Positions 15,401 through 24,000 are shown, numbered from the stretch's first letter. The stretch: DNA of 24,000 nucleotides from Melioribacteraceae bacterium (GCA_965224785.1 OZ245062.1:1075091-1099090), one strand, 5' to 3'. Notes: generated by a model from the letters alone, not told the origin. Translations and numbers: made by a program.

Positions 15401-16243
15401 ATGAGCCAAAATTATGTTTATAAAACAAGTCAATACAATGAAATTAACATAACCACTTTTGGCAATGATAATCTAGAAAACAAAAATTGTCTAATTTTCA
15501 CACACGGATTTAAGGGATTTAAAGATTGGGGTTTTGGTCCTTACTTAGCTAGTTATTTTGCTGAAAAGGGATTTTTCGTAATCACTTTTAATTTCTCGCA
15601 TAATGGAGTTAGGGGAAACCCTTTAGAGTTTACTGAGTTGGATAAGTTCGCGGAGAACACTTATTCATTAGAAGTTAATGAACTTACTGAAATAATTTTA
15701 GCTTATAGAAATGGATTTTTTGGGACTGTAAGTAAGGAGTCAAAACTTGGTGTTATTGGACATAGCCGAGGTGGAGGAGTATCAATTGTAGCAACAAGTC
15801 TATCTAAACATGTTGATGCTTTAGTAACTTGGGCAGCAATTGCTAAGTTTGACAGATATTCAGGAAGACAAAAATCTGAGTGGAAGAAGAAAGGATACTC
15901 TGAAGCATTAAACTCAAGAACCAATCAAATGATGCGACATAATATGGCATTGCTAAATGATGTTGAACAAAATGCAAATGGATTTCTAAATTTAGAAAAG
16001 GCATTACAAAATATAAATATTCCTCACTTGGTTATTCACGGAACGGAAGACTTAGCTGTAAAGATAGAAGAAGGTGAACAGATTTATGATTGGTCAAAAA
16101 AAGAAAATACTGAACTGCTAAAAATATATGGAACAGGACATACTTTTGATATCAAACATCCATTCGATGGTTCATCAAAAGCATTTGATAAAGTCCTTGA
16201 AAAGACACATCACTTTTTTTATAAAAAATTCAAAGAAAGTTAG
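15401..16243 (+). CDS. Alpha/beta-fold hydrolase
   Basis: 280 aa. Oxyanion-region HGFKG. Nucleophile elbow GHSRGG. Late D (GTEDLAV) and H (GTGHTF) are consistent with a Ser-Asp-His triad. Confidence 0.8.
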   Translation: MSQNYVYKTSQYNEINITTFGNDNLENKNCLIFTHGFKGFKDWGFGPYLASYFAEKGFFVITFNFSHNGVRGNPLEFTELDKFAENTYSLEVNELTEIILAYRNGFFGTVSKESKLGVIGHSRGGGVSIVATSLSKHVDALVTWAAIAKFDRYSGRQKSEWKKKGYSEALNSRTNQMMRHNMALLNDVEQNANGFLNLEKALQNINIPHLVIHGTEDLAVKIEEGEQIYDWSKKENTELLKIYGTGHTFDIKHPFDGSSKAFDKVLEKTHHFFYKKFKES

Positions 16244-16248
16244 TAACT

Positions 16249-18249
16249 ATGGAAGTTAAAAACATCGTATTCATTTTAGTATTTCTGTCTGCATTTACCT
16301 TTTTAGGATTTAACTTAAAAAGACTGCTAAGTTATTTAAGTGTTGGGCAAAAAGAAGATCGCTTTGATAATGTTGGAAAGAGAATTTCTAATGTTTTGAA
16401 AATTGCAATTGGTCAATCAAAAATATTACGCGAACCAGTTGCGGGTACAATTCATGCATTAATATTTTGGGGATTTATACTTTTCACAGTTGCAGTTCTG
16501 GAAGCAATCATACAAGGTTTTTATTCCAATTTCACTTTCGAATTTCTAGGTCCTATCTACTCACTAATTACAATTACTCAAGATGTTTTTGGAGTGTTAG
16601 TTTTGCTTGCTGTTTTATTCGCATTCTATAGAAGATACTTCATGAATATTAAACGCTTAGATCACGGCAAAGAAAGTTTAATTGATGCAACTATTGTTCT
16701 TGGTCTAATTTTATTTGTTGTAATTTCAATGTTCGGTCAAAATATTGCAAGCGTAGCAATGAATAATTTTCAGCTTCACGATTGGGAAGTGAGACCAATT
16801 TCTGCAAGTTTAGCTAAACTTTTTTATGGTACTTCAATTACAAATGCTTCTACTTGGTACGAAATTTTTTGGTGGATGCACATTCTTTTAGTTTTTGGGT
16901 TTATGAATTATTTACCATATTCAAAACATCTTCATGTTTTTACATCTTTACCAAATGTATATTTTGAAAATCTTGGGAAGAAAAAATTTGAACTAAAACC
17001 AATTGATTTAGAAGACGAAAGTATAGAACAATTTGGAGCAGCTGATATTGAACATCTAACCTGGAAACAAATGTTTGATGGTTATACTTGCACAGAATGT
17101 GGTAGATGTTCAGATGCTTGTCCAGCAGTAGCTACTGGCAAGTTGTTATCACCTAGAGAAATTATTATTAATGTACGAAAAAGAACTGAAGAAAAAGCAC
17201 CTCTTTTATTGTCGAAATCTGAGAACACGGAAGTCTTAGAAAAAACGTTAATTCATAATTATATAAAACCGGAAGAACTTTGGGCTTGTACAACTTGCGG
17301 AGCTTGTATGCAAGAATGTCCCGTTACTATTGAACATGTTGATACTATTGTTGATATGAGACGTAATTTAGTTTTAATGGAAGCAGACTTTCCACCAGAG
17401 CTTAACAATGTATTTAAGAACTTAGAAACCAATGGAACACCTTGGGCGTTTAATGCGCAAGACAGAGCTAACTGGGCTGAAGGAATGAATGTAAAAACTA
17501 TGGCTGAAGATTCTGATACTGAATATTTGTTTTGGGTTGGATGCTCCGGTTCGTTCGATGCTCGTTATCAAAAAGTTACAAAAGCTATTACAACTCTTTT
17601 TCAAAAGGGAGGAGTTGATTTTAGAATTTTGGGAACTGAAGAAAAATGCAATGGAGATACAGCAAGAAGATTAGGAAACGAATATTTAGCTCAAATGATG
17701 ATGCAAGAAAATATTGAGAAGCTAAATAATTACAAGGTTAAAAAAATTATAACTGGTTGTCCACATTGTTTCAATTCGCTCAAAAATGAGTATCCGCAGT
17801 TTGGTGGTGATTTTGAAGTTTATCATCACACAGAAATTTTGGAGAATCTAATTGATGATGGAAAAATAAAATTAAAAGATTCATCAGCAAAAGAAAAGAT
17901 TACATATCATGATTCTTGTTATTTAGGCAGATATAATAATATTTACAATTCTCCTAGAAATTTGTTAACTTCAGGTGCTGGAATTGAACTTATTGAAATG
18001 GAGCGTAATAAAGACAAAGGTTTTTGTTGTGGAGCTGGCGGTGGAAGGATGTTCCTTGAAGAAACTGAAGGGACAAAAATTAATATTGATAGAACAAAAG
18101 AAGCACTTGCTACTGGAGCAGAAACTGTTGCCTCAGCTTGTCCGTTTTGTATGACAATGATGACAGATGGAGTAAAAGAGTTTGAAAAGGAAGAAGAAGT
18201 TAAAGTAAAAGATGTTGCAGAAATTATTTTAGAAAATACAATTAGTTAA
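16249..18249 (+). CDS. Membrane-anchored (Fe-S)-binding oxidoreductase: NarI/HdrE-like TM domain, 2x[4Fe-4S] ferredoxin and two CCG (HdrD/GlpC-like) domains
   Basis: 666 aa. The N-terminal ~240 aa holds about 5-6 TM helices with conserved His (HALIFWGF, WWMHILLVFGF, SKHLHVF). Fe-S motifs CTECGRCSDACP and CTTCGACMQECP. Cys-rich CCG domains (WVGCSG...CNGD; HDSCYLGR...GFCCGAGGG...ACPFC). Confidence 0.85.
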   Translation: MEVKNIVFILVFLSAFTFLGFNLKRLLSYLSVGQKEDRFDNVGKRISNVLKIAIGQSKILREPVAGTIHALIFWGFILFTVAVLEAIIQGFYSNFTFEFLGPIYSLITITQDVFGVLVLLAVLFAFYRRYFMNIKRLDHGKESLIDATIVLGLILFVVISMFGQNIASVAMNNFQLHDWEVRPISASLAKLFYGTSITNASTWYEIFWWMHILLVFGFMNYLPYSKHLHVFTSLPNVYFENLGKKKFELKPIDLEDESIEQFGAADIEHLTWKQMFDGYTCTECGRCSDACPAVATGKLLSPREIIINVRKRTEEKAPLLLSKSENTEVLEKTLIHNYIKPEELWACTTCGACMQECPVTIEHVDTIVDMRRNLVLMEADFPPELNNVFKNLETNGTPWAFNAQDRANWAEGMNVKTMAEDSDTEYLFWVGCSGSFDARYQKVTKAITTLFQKGGVDFRILGTEEKCNGDTARRLGNEYLAQMMMQENIEKLNNYKVKKIITGCPHCFNSLKNEYPQFGGDFEVYHHTEILENLIDDGKIKLKDSSAKEKITYHDSCYLGRYNNIYNSPRNLLTSGAGIELIEMERNKDKGFCCGAGGGRMFLEETEGTKINIDRTKEALATGAETVASACPFCMTMMTDGVKEFEKEEEVKVKDVAEIILENTIS

Positions 18250-18296
18250 ATAAACTAAACCAATTAACCACTAACTCAAAAAAAAAGGAGAAAAAA

Positions 18297-18482
18297 ATGA
18301 GTGACTCATACACACAACTTGTTGAATTCGTTAAAAACATGGAAACAGACGTTGAAAAATTTTACGGTAAAGGGCAATCAGCTGCTGGTACTCGTGTACG
18401 TAAAGCTTTAAGTGAAGTTAAAAAAATGTCTCAAAACATGAGAAACGAAGTTCAAGCAATTAAAGTAGAAAGAAAAGGTTAA
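18297..18482 (+). CDS. Histone H1-like small basic DNA-binding protein (Bacteroidota-type)
   Basis: 61 aa. VEKFYGKGQSAAGTRVRKALSEVKKMSQNMRNEV matches the 'K-AAGTR-RKA-QELK' core that I recall from FCB-group histone H1-like proteins. Strong AAGGAG SD and a strong terminator downstream. Confidence 0.7.
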   Translation: MSDSYTQLVEFVKNMETDVEKFYGKGQSAAGTRVRKALSEVKKMSQNMRNEVQAIKVERKG

Positions 18483-18512
18483 GATTTTTTAATCGCTTCT
18501 TATTTTTATAAA

Positions 18513-18545
18513 AGGCTATTCTAATTTTTAGAATAGCCTTTGTTA
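18513..18545 (+). terminator. Rho-independent terminator of the histone-like gene
   Basis: Perfect 11-bp stem AGGCTATTCTA(18513-18523)/TAGAATAGCCT(18529-18539), 5-nt loop, then TTGTT. It lies 31 nt after the stop. Confidence 0.75.
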
Positions 18546-18576
18546 TATTAATCGGTTGTTTGGTATAAACGTACCA

Positions 18577-18616
18577 CAGATTAGCCTGCCCGCCATTTTG
18601 TTAGGAGGGTAATCTG
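18577..18616. repeat. Short inverted-repeat element CAGATTA...TAATCTG carrying the GCCTGCCCGCC...GGAGGG motif
   Basis: cagattagcctgcccgccattttgttaggagggtaatctg. The reverse complement of its core (ccctcctaacaaaatggcgggcaggc) matches motifs at 6337, 10601 and 23947. Confidence 0.55.
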
Positions 18617-18648
18617 CGAAAACAATTTGTTCTAACTATATTTATCAA

Positions 18649-19827
18649 ATGAAAAAATACATCTTCTTAATATTTGTTTCTCTAATTTTAATCTTACATT
18701 GGATCTTTAGTCCAGTCTATCTAACTGATAAAATAGAAGTTACACCTTTAGAAAAAATTGATTCTACAGTTACAGTTTCATTTTCTTCTGTTGGGGATAT
18801 AATGTGTCATTCAACTCAATTTAATTATGCAAGAGTTGGGAAAGATAGTTTTGATTTTAAGCCAATGTTTAACGAGATTGGAGAGTATCTTAGGGGCAAA
18901 GATATTTTATTCGGAAATTTAGAAACTGTTCTTGCCGGAGAAACAAAAAGGTATAGCGGATATCCATTCTTTAATACTCCTAACGAATTAGCTGAAGCGT
19001 TAAAGTTTGCTGGATTCGATTTTTTATTTACAACCAATAATCATTCAAATGATAAAGGGCAACAAGGGGTTGATAGAACAATTGATATTCTGAAAAAAGT
19101 TAACATAGTTCCAATCGGGACTGAAAAATTAAATAGTTCAGATCCAACATATAATATTTTTGTAAGAAAAGGTTTAAGGTTTGGAGTGCTTGCTTATACT
19201 TATGGAACAAACTATAATGAGAATGCAAAGCATCCGAGGAAATATGTAAACTATATTAATCCGAAAAAAATTAAAAATGATATTGAAAAATTGAAAGAAA
19301 AAAAAGCTGATTTAATAATTGTTTATTTCCATTTTGGTAAAGAGTATCAGAGAGAACCAACAAAATATCAAACTAAAATAGTTGATAAAACTATTAGCTA
19401 CGGAGCAGATATAATTTTGGCAAGCCATCCGCATATTGTGCAGAAGTTTGAAATATTCAAAACAGCCAATGCAAAATTGGATGCTGGATTTGTTACATAC
19501 TCACTTGGCAATTTTGTTTCCAATCAACGCTGGAGATATTCTGATGGAGGTTTGATTTTTAACTTCGATATAACCAAAAATATATATACAGATTCAGTTT
19601 ATATAAGTGATGTAAACTTTCTCCCAATTTGGGTTTACAAAGGGAAAGTGAATGGTAAGAAAGAATATGTTATTTTACCATCTGGAAATTATAAAGATTC
19701 AACAAAATATAGATATACAACAAAGGCAGATATTGACAGTATGAAAAAATCTTACTTCGATACAATTGAATTATTTACGGAAGGGAATGATTATCCAAGG
19801 ATAGATAAGTTGATGTTGATTGAATAA
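18649..19827 (+). CDS. CapA-family metallophosphoesterase-like protein (PGA_cap domain)
   Basis: 392 aa with an N-terminal membrane anchor. Motifs: SSVGDIMCH, FGNLETVL, TTNNHSNDKG, VYFHFGKEY, ASHPHIVQ. No capB or capC nearby. Confidence 0.8.
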   Translation: MKKYIFLIFVSLILILHWIFSPVYLTDKIEVTPLEKIDSTVTVSFSSVGDIMCHSTQFNYARVGKDSFDFKPMFNEIGEYLRGKDILFGNLETVLAGETKRYSGYPFFNTPNELAEALKFAGFDFLFTTNNHSNDKGQQGVDRTIDILKKVNIVPIGTEKLNSSDPTYNIFVRKGLRFGVLAYTYGTNYNENAKHPRKYVNYINPKKIKNDIEKLKEKKADLIIVYFHFGKEYQREPTKYQTKIVDKTISYGADIILASHPHIVQKFEIFKTANAKLDAGFVTYSLGNFVSNQRWRYSDGGLIFNFDITKNIYTDSVYISDVNFLPIWVYKGKVNGKKEYVILPSGNYKDSTKYRYTTKADIDSMKKSYFDTIELFTEGNDYPRIDKLMLIE

Positions 19828-19881
19828 AATTGTAGTAAATAAATATAACTTTAAACTTACATAGCAACTTATGGTTGCATC

Positions 19882-19980
19882 TGTCATTCTGAATGAGACG
19901 TAGTTTGTCGAAATGAAGAATCTCGATAATTTAATTATATGAGATATTTCAGTCATAAAGAACACTCCTTCAATATGACA
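19882..19980. repeat. TGTCAT...ATGACA element, CTGA subfamily
   Basis: 99 bp: tgtcattctgaatgag...gaagaatctc...gagatatttca...aaagaacactccttcaatatgaca. It ends 65 nt before the MFS start. Confidence 0.85.
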
Positions 19981-20045
19981 ACTAAAAAAAATAAAAATTA
20001 TAGTAGCCTAATATTAAAATAATTACATTCTAACAATTCATCCAA

Positions 20046-21245
20046 ATGAAATCCAAAAGCTCACTAACAATAATATTCCTAACTGTATTTATAGACTTGC
20101 TGGGTTTCGGTGTTCTAATCCCAATCCTTCCAACTTTTGCAAGCAAGGAATTACAAATTACTGATTTTGAAATTGGAATTGTGGTTGCTGCATTTTCATT
20201 TGTGCAATTTATTTTTAATCCAATACTTGGAAGACTCTCTGATAGAATAGGGAGGCGACCGATTATACTTGTCTCATTATTCATTACTTCAATTGCTTAT
20301 TTATGGTTTAGTTTTGCGGATTCGTTCCTAATACTTTTGCTATCACGAATGTTAGCCGGGCTTGGTGGAAGTAACATTAGTGTTGCTCAAGCTTATATAG
20401 CGGATATTACGGATGAAACCAATCGTGCAAAGGGGATGGGATTGATTGGAGCAGCTTTTGGATTGGGTTTTGTATTCGGTCCAATGTTGGGAGGAATGCT
20501 TTCGCAATATGGCTATCATATAGTTGGTTATGTAAGTGCTACATTTTCGTTTATGGCATTTTTGTTTGCAACTTTTAAACTTAAAGAATCACTTAAGGAG
20601 GAGAATAAATCTAGGGCAAAAAATACTTATGCAATTTTTTCAAAAGAAACTTTGTCCGAAGTTTTTAATAACCATAAACTTAGATTTGTAATATTTATTT
20701 ATTTTATAATAGTTTTTTCGATGGCAAATATTTATGGTACATTTTCTTTACTAGCTTATAAAGTATATCACTTTACAGATATGCAAATTGGTTATTTGTT
20801 TGGAACAATAGGAATTGTAGGAGCAATAGTACAAGGTGGATTGATAAAAAGATTGTCTCAAAAGTTTAAAGATGAACATCTAGTTTTAGCTGGAATATTT
20901 TTTATGATGCTTGGTCTTGTTGGTTTGCCTTATGGGGGAAGTTTTATTGGTGTAGCAATCATCGGAGGAGTTTTGGCATTTGGAACCGGCATTTTACAAC
21001 CAACAATTTTAGGAATGGTTTCCAAAGATGCGAACTCTGGGAATCAAGGGAGTATACTTGGGTTTAACCAATCTGCTGCATCAATGGCAAGAGTGCTTGG
21101 TCCTCTTTGGGGAGGATTTGCATTTGAATTTCTTGGTTATCAATTCCCATTTTTAACCGGAGGAATATTTACATTTGTTTTGCTAATTTTCACAATTTAT
21201 TATTTCAATTCACAAAATAGAAAGACAAATACTACGAATGTTTAA
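20046..21245 (+). CDS. MFS transporter (DHA1/tetracycline-efflux-like)
   Basis: 399 aa with about 12 TM helices. Motif A GRLSDRIGRRPIIL and motif C-like GLIGAAFGLGFVFGPMLGG. Confidence 0.88.
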   Translation: MKSKSSLTIIFLTVFIDLLGFGVLIPILPTFASKELQITDFEIGIVVAAFSFVQFIFNPILGRLSDRIGRRPIILVSLFITSIAYLWFSFADSFLILLLSRMLAGLGGSNISVAQAYIADITDETNRAKGMGLIGAAFGLGFVFGPMLGGMLSQYGYHIVGYVSATFSFMAFLFATFKLKESLKEENKSRAKNTYAIFSKETLSEVFNNHKLRFVIFIYFIIVFSMANIYGTFSLLAYKVYHFTDMQIGYLFGTIGIVGAIVQGGLIKRLSQKFKDEHLVLAGIFFMMLGLVGLPYGGSFIGVAIIGGVLAFGTGILQPTILGMVSKDANSGNQGSILGFNQSAASMARVLGPLWGGFAFEFLGYQFPFLTGGIFTFVLLIFTIYYFNSQNRKTNTTNV

Positions 21246-22230
21246 AGTTGGAAAAATAGAACTTGAAAATCCGTTGTTACTTGCTCCAATGGAAGATGTA
21301 ACAAGCATTGCTTTCCGAAAACTTTGCAAAGAGTTGGGAGCGGATATTGTTTATACAGAATTTGTAAATTCTGACGGACTAATTAGAGATAACAAAAAGA
21401 CTCACGATAAACTCAAAATAACCAATGAAGAACGTCCGGTAGGAATTCAAATTTACGGTGGAAGTATTGACCCGATGCGTGAAGCAGCAATAATTGCAGA
21501 AAGGGAAGCACCGGAGATAATAGATATTAACGCTGGCTGTTGGGTAAAGAAAGTAGCCAACAGAGGAGCTGGAGCTGGATTGTTAAAAGATCCTCCATAT
21601 ATGGCTGAGATGGTTAAGGCTGTTGTGGATGCAGTAAAAACTCCGGTAACAGTAAAAACTAGACTTGGTTGGGATGATAATAGTATAGAGATTTTGGATG
21701 TAGTAAAAAGATTAGAAGATGTGGGAGCAAAGGCATTAACAATTCATTGTAGAACTCGTAAACAAGGACACAGCGGAGAACCAGCTTGGCATTGGATTCC
21801 TAAAATAAAAGAAGTAGTCAAAATTCCGGTTGTGGTTAACGGTGGAATTATGACTGCCGAAGATGCGTTACGAGCAAAAGAAGAAACCAACGCAGATGGC
21901 TATATGATTGCTCGAGGAGCAATTAATCATCCTTGGATTTTCAGAGAGATTAAGGAAATATTTGAGAAAGGTTACGTTTCAACTTACTTAAATATTGATG
22001 AAAGAATTAGCACAGCTTTAAGACATCTTAAATATGAAATTAGTTACAAAGATGAACCAAGAAGAGCAATCATTCCGTTTAGGAAATATTACTCAGGCTA
22101 CTTGAAAGGTTTGTATGGAGCATCTAAAATAAAACAACAAATTATGGAACACGATACGTATGAACCAATTGAAGAAATATTGCTTAACTATTTAGAACAG
22201 TTAAAAAAGTACCAAGAGTTTGATGAATAG
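21238..22230 (+). CDS. tRNA-dihydrouridine synthase (Dus family; DusB/NifR3-like by my reading)
   Basis: 330 aa. LAPMEDVTSIAFRKLC, VGIQIYG, IDINAGCWVKKV, VTVKTRLGW, TIHCRTRKQGHSG, GGI...IARGA. Its ATG overlaps the MFS stop by 8 nt. The subfamily is not verified, so no gene symbol is given. Confidence 0.88.
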   Translation: MFKVGKIELENPLLLAPMEDVTSIAFRKLCKELGADIVYTEFVNSDGLIRDNKKTHDKLKITNEERPVGIQIYGGSIDPMREAAIIAEREAPEIIDINAGCWVKKVANRGAGAGLLKDPPYMAEMVKAVVDAVKTPVTVKTRLGWDDNSIEILDVVKRLEDVGAKALTIHCRTRKQGHSGEPAWHWIPKIKEVVKIPVVVNGGIMTAEDALRAKEETNADGYMIARGAINHPWIFREIKEIFEKGYVSTYLNIDERISTALRHLKYEISYKDEPRRAIIPFRKYYSGYLKGLYGASKIKQQIMEHDTYEPIEEILLNYLEQLKKYQEFDE

Positions 22231-22256
22231 TAAATGTTCAACGGATAACTTATGTA

Positions 22257-22356
22257 TGTCATTCTGAGGAGTCTGTCTTTTAGACGGCGTGAGAATCTCA
22301 TAACTCAAATGATCAGAGATATCTCAATCGCAAAGAACACTCATTTCGATATGACA
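22257..22356. repeat. TGTCAT...ATGACA element, CTGA subfamily
   Basis: 100 bp: tgtcattctgaggag...gagaatctc...agagatatctca...aaagaacactcatttcgatatgaca. It ends 26 nt before the ATG at 22383. Confidence 0.85.
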
Positions 22357-22382
22357 AATTACTAACTAATGATACACTACAA

Positions 22383-23012
22383 ATGAATAAAAAACTATTA
22401 GCAAAAATAATTTCTTATCAATTCATTCCACCAGTAATGAATGTGGTAATATTTGTTTTATTTGCGTTTAGGTTTGGGCAGACTGAAAAACTACTAGTTA
22501 TATTCTCATCACTTATTTTCGGTTTTATTCTGCCAATAGTTACATTTATTATTCTTCGTAGAAAAAATAAAATTGTAAATGATGATGCAACAATAAAAGA
22601 AGAAAGAACAATACCTTATTTGTATGGAATTGTTTTCTCTTTATGTGGAATGAGTTTATTGTTTTTTGGAGGAGCTTCTTTAGTAACTGTTTTATTATGG
22701 TCAGCTTATTTTGTTAATAGTACAATCTTAATTGTTGTAAATAAGTTCTGGAAAATAAGCGCCCACACAATGGGTGTTGCAATTCCACTGGGAGCATCAT
22801 TTGTTTTGGGCGGAGCATTGTCAATTGTATTAGGAGTAATATTGTTGCTTGTTGCTTGGGCAAGATATGAGCTAAAAGTTCATACAATACCGCAACTTAT
22901 TGTCGGAGCATTTGTTGGATTTATTACAACATATTTATTAGTACCAAACTTGTACAATCAACTTATACTTTCTCCTTTGAAAAAACTTTTTAATGGTGTT
23001 ATAATATGTTAA
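22383..23012 (+). CDS. Polytopic membrane protein, possibly a divergent PAP2-like phosphatase
   Basis: 209 aa with about 6 TM helices. KISAHTMG (compare the PSGH motif) and ARYELKVHTIPQ (the R-x5-H-x3-D/Q spacing of PAP2 motif C3, with D replaced by Q). The first motif is weak, so the family call is tentative. Confidence 0.45.
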   Translation: MNKKLLAKIISYQFIPPVMNVVIFVLFAFRFGQTEKLLVIFSSLIFGFILPIVTFIILRRKNKIVNDDATIKEERTIPYLYGIVFSLCGMSLLFFGGASLVTVLLWSAYFVNSTILIVVNKFWKISAHTMGVAIPLGASFVLGGALSIVLGVILLLVAWARYELKVHTIPQLIVGAFVGFITTYLLVPNLYNQLILSPLKKLFNGVIIC

Positions 23013-23036
23013 AATATAAAAATTAAAGGTCTTTAA

Positions 23037-23555
23037 ATGAACTTAGAAAAACTAATAAGAGACGTTCCAAATTTTCCAATTGAAGGAATTGTTTTCAAAG
23101 ATATTACAACCTTGCTTAAGGATGCAAATGGCTTTGAAGAAACTTTAGCTCAACTATATAACATAAGTAAAAACAAAAAGATAACTAAAGTTATTGGAGT
23201 TGAATCTAGAGGGTTTATTTTTGGTGGAGCATTAGCTGCAAAGCTTGGAGTTGGATTTGTTCCAATAAGAAAACCAGGTAAACTTCCTGCTGAAAAAGTA
23301 AGTGAAACTTACGAATTAGAATATGGAACTGACACAATTGAAATTCATAAAGATGCAATAAATGAAAACGATAGAGTTCTTATTCACGATGATCTTCTTG
23401 CAACTGGGGGAACAATGGAAGCAGCTTGCAAGTTAGTAGAAAAAGTGGGAGCATCTATTGAACAAATCTCTTTTATTATTGAGTTGGACTTCCTAAACGG
23501 AAGAGAAAAATTTAGCAAGTATGATATTCAATCACTCATTCATTATGATGAATAG
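23037..23555 (+). CDS. apt: Adenine phosphoribosyltransferase
   Basis: 172 aa. FPIEGIVFKDITTLL, IGVESRGFIFGGALA, EYGTDTIEIH, and the PRPP-binding motif VLIHDDLLATGGT. Confidence 0.93.
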   Translation: MNLEKLIRDVPNFPIEGIVFKDITTLLKDANGFEETLAQLYNISKNKKITKVIGVESRGFIFGGALAAKLGVGFVPIRKPGKLPAEKVSETYELEYGTDTIEIHKDAINENDRVLIHDDLLATGGTMEAACKLVEKVGASIEQISFIIELDFLNGREKFSKYDIQSLIHYDE

Positions 23556-23704
23556 TATAAGCCGATTCTAGATGCGACTATATTATCTAGTTACTGTTCG
23601 TATACTTATTATTTTCCTTTAACCTAAATATTAGAGTTTCTGCAAAAAAAAATATAAAACATCAATGGGACAAATATAAAAAACTATAATTATTTGCTCA
23701 CAGT

Positions 23705-23789
23705 TGTCATCTCCGCCCCGAAAGCTTTCGGGATAATCGGAGATCCATTGTTTGTGTTACCTGGATTCCCAATCAAGTTGGGAATGACA
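23705..23789. repeat. TGTCAT...ATGACA-bounded element, short variant
   Basis: 85 bp: tgtcatctccg...ttgggaatgaca. It contains the perfect 16-bp palindrome CCCGAAAGCTTTCGGG and the hairpin ATTCCCAA-tcaag-TTGGGAAT. It is flanked at a distance by inverted TTCTGCAAAA / TTTTGCAGAA. Confidence 0.7.
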
Positions 23790-23868
23790 AAGAAATTTTA
23801 TTTTGCAGAAGTTCTATTAAAAAATGATTATTTGAAACCTTTGAAAAATTGAAATTCAGATTAGAATA

Positions 23869-23985
23869 TTTCATGCTGAGTACTTCGATAAACTCAGTAT
23901 AAACTCCATCGAAGTGTGAGAACAGCTCAACTTACTGGTTCGACTTCCCTCCAAAATACTGGCGGGCAAGTGGCTCACCATGACT
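23869..23985. repeat. Related element with tcatgctgag...caccatgac termini, carrying the ccctccaaaatactggcgggcaag motif
   Basis: The left end tttcatgctgagtacttcgataaactcagta resembles the CTGA subfamily start. Motif at 23947-23973. The boundaries are approximate and close to the window end. Confidence 0.45.
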
Positions 23986-24000
23986 ATCGATATAATTTTT

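Noticed and set aside
18649-19827. Poly-gamma-glutamate capsule operon, implied by the CapA-family gene
   Set aside because: No capB/pgsB or capC/pgsC is adjacent. CapA-family metallophosphoesterases occur widely on their own, so no capsule system is claimed.
19771-19965. 64-aa minus-strand ORF
   Set aside because: It overlaps the end of capA and the repeat at 19882-19980, so it is a repeat-derived artefact.
1-24000. Genomic island, prophage or integrative element
   Set aside because: I recognised no integrase, transposase, phage genes or tRNA attachment site, and I saw no obvious compositional break by eye. The short repeats are non-autonomous at best.

Overview
AT-rich (roughly one-third GC by eye), gene-dense bacterial chromosomal window with about 24 credible CDSs on both strands. 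I recognised no rRNA, tRNA, CRISPR array, transposase or integrase. Many genes have clear Shine-Dalgarno sites. The gene content (histone-H1-like protein, DUF1566, DUF547, ECF42-type sigma) suggests the Fibrobacteres-Chlorobi-Bacteroidetes (FCB) group, for example Ignavibacteria or Bacteroidota; this is inference only. Most genes are housekeeping or accessory metabolism: acyl-CoA dehydrogenase, a membrane HdrD-like Fe-S oxidoreductase, apt, a Dus-family tRNA-dihydrouridine synthase, an MFS pump, CapA, USP, an alpha/beta hydrolase, and a HisA/HisF-like barrel. Two things stand out. (1) At about 2.7-10.5 kb there is a locus with an ArsS-type radical SAM/Cys-rich enzyme. It is translationally coupled to an AhpD-like 'peroxidase-like' protein. 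It sits beside a single polypeptide that fuses the two 'rSAM/selenodomain-associated' transferases (GT2 plus DUF2064). Three secreted DUF547 paralogues accompany it, one carrying a C-terminal beta-barrel-like domain. No arsenite methyltransferase or ars resistance gene is visible. (2) At least 12 copies or fragments of short (about 85-150 bp) elements are bounded by TGTCAT...ATGACA inverted termini. They are hairpin-rich, fall into several subfamilies, lie only in intergenic gaps, and punctuate the rSAM locus. Lesser items are an ECF42-type sigma factor plus YCII/DGPF pair, a group III truncated haemoglobin plus cupin operon, and a 576-bp non-coding gap with a perfect 16-bp palindrome. All family assignments come from motif recognition by eye and need HMM or BLAST confirmation.
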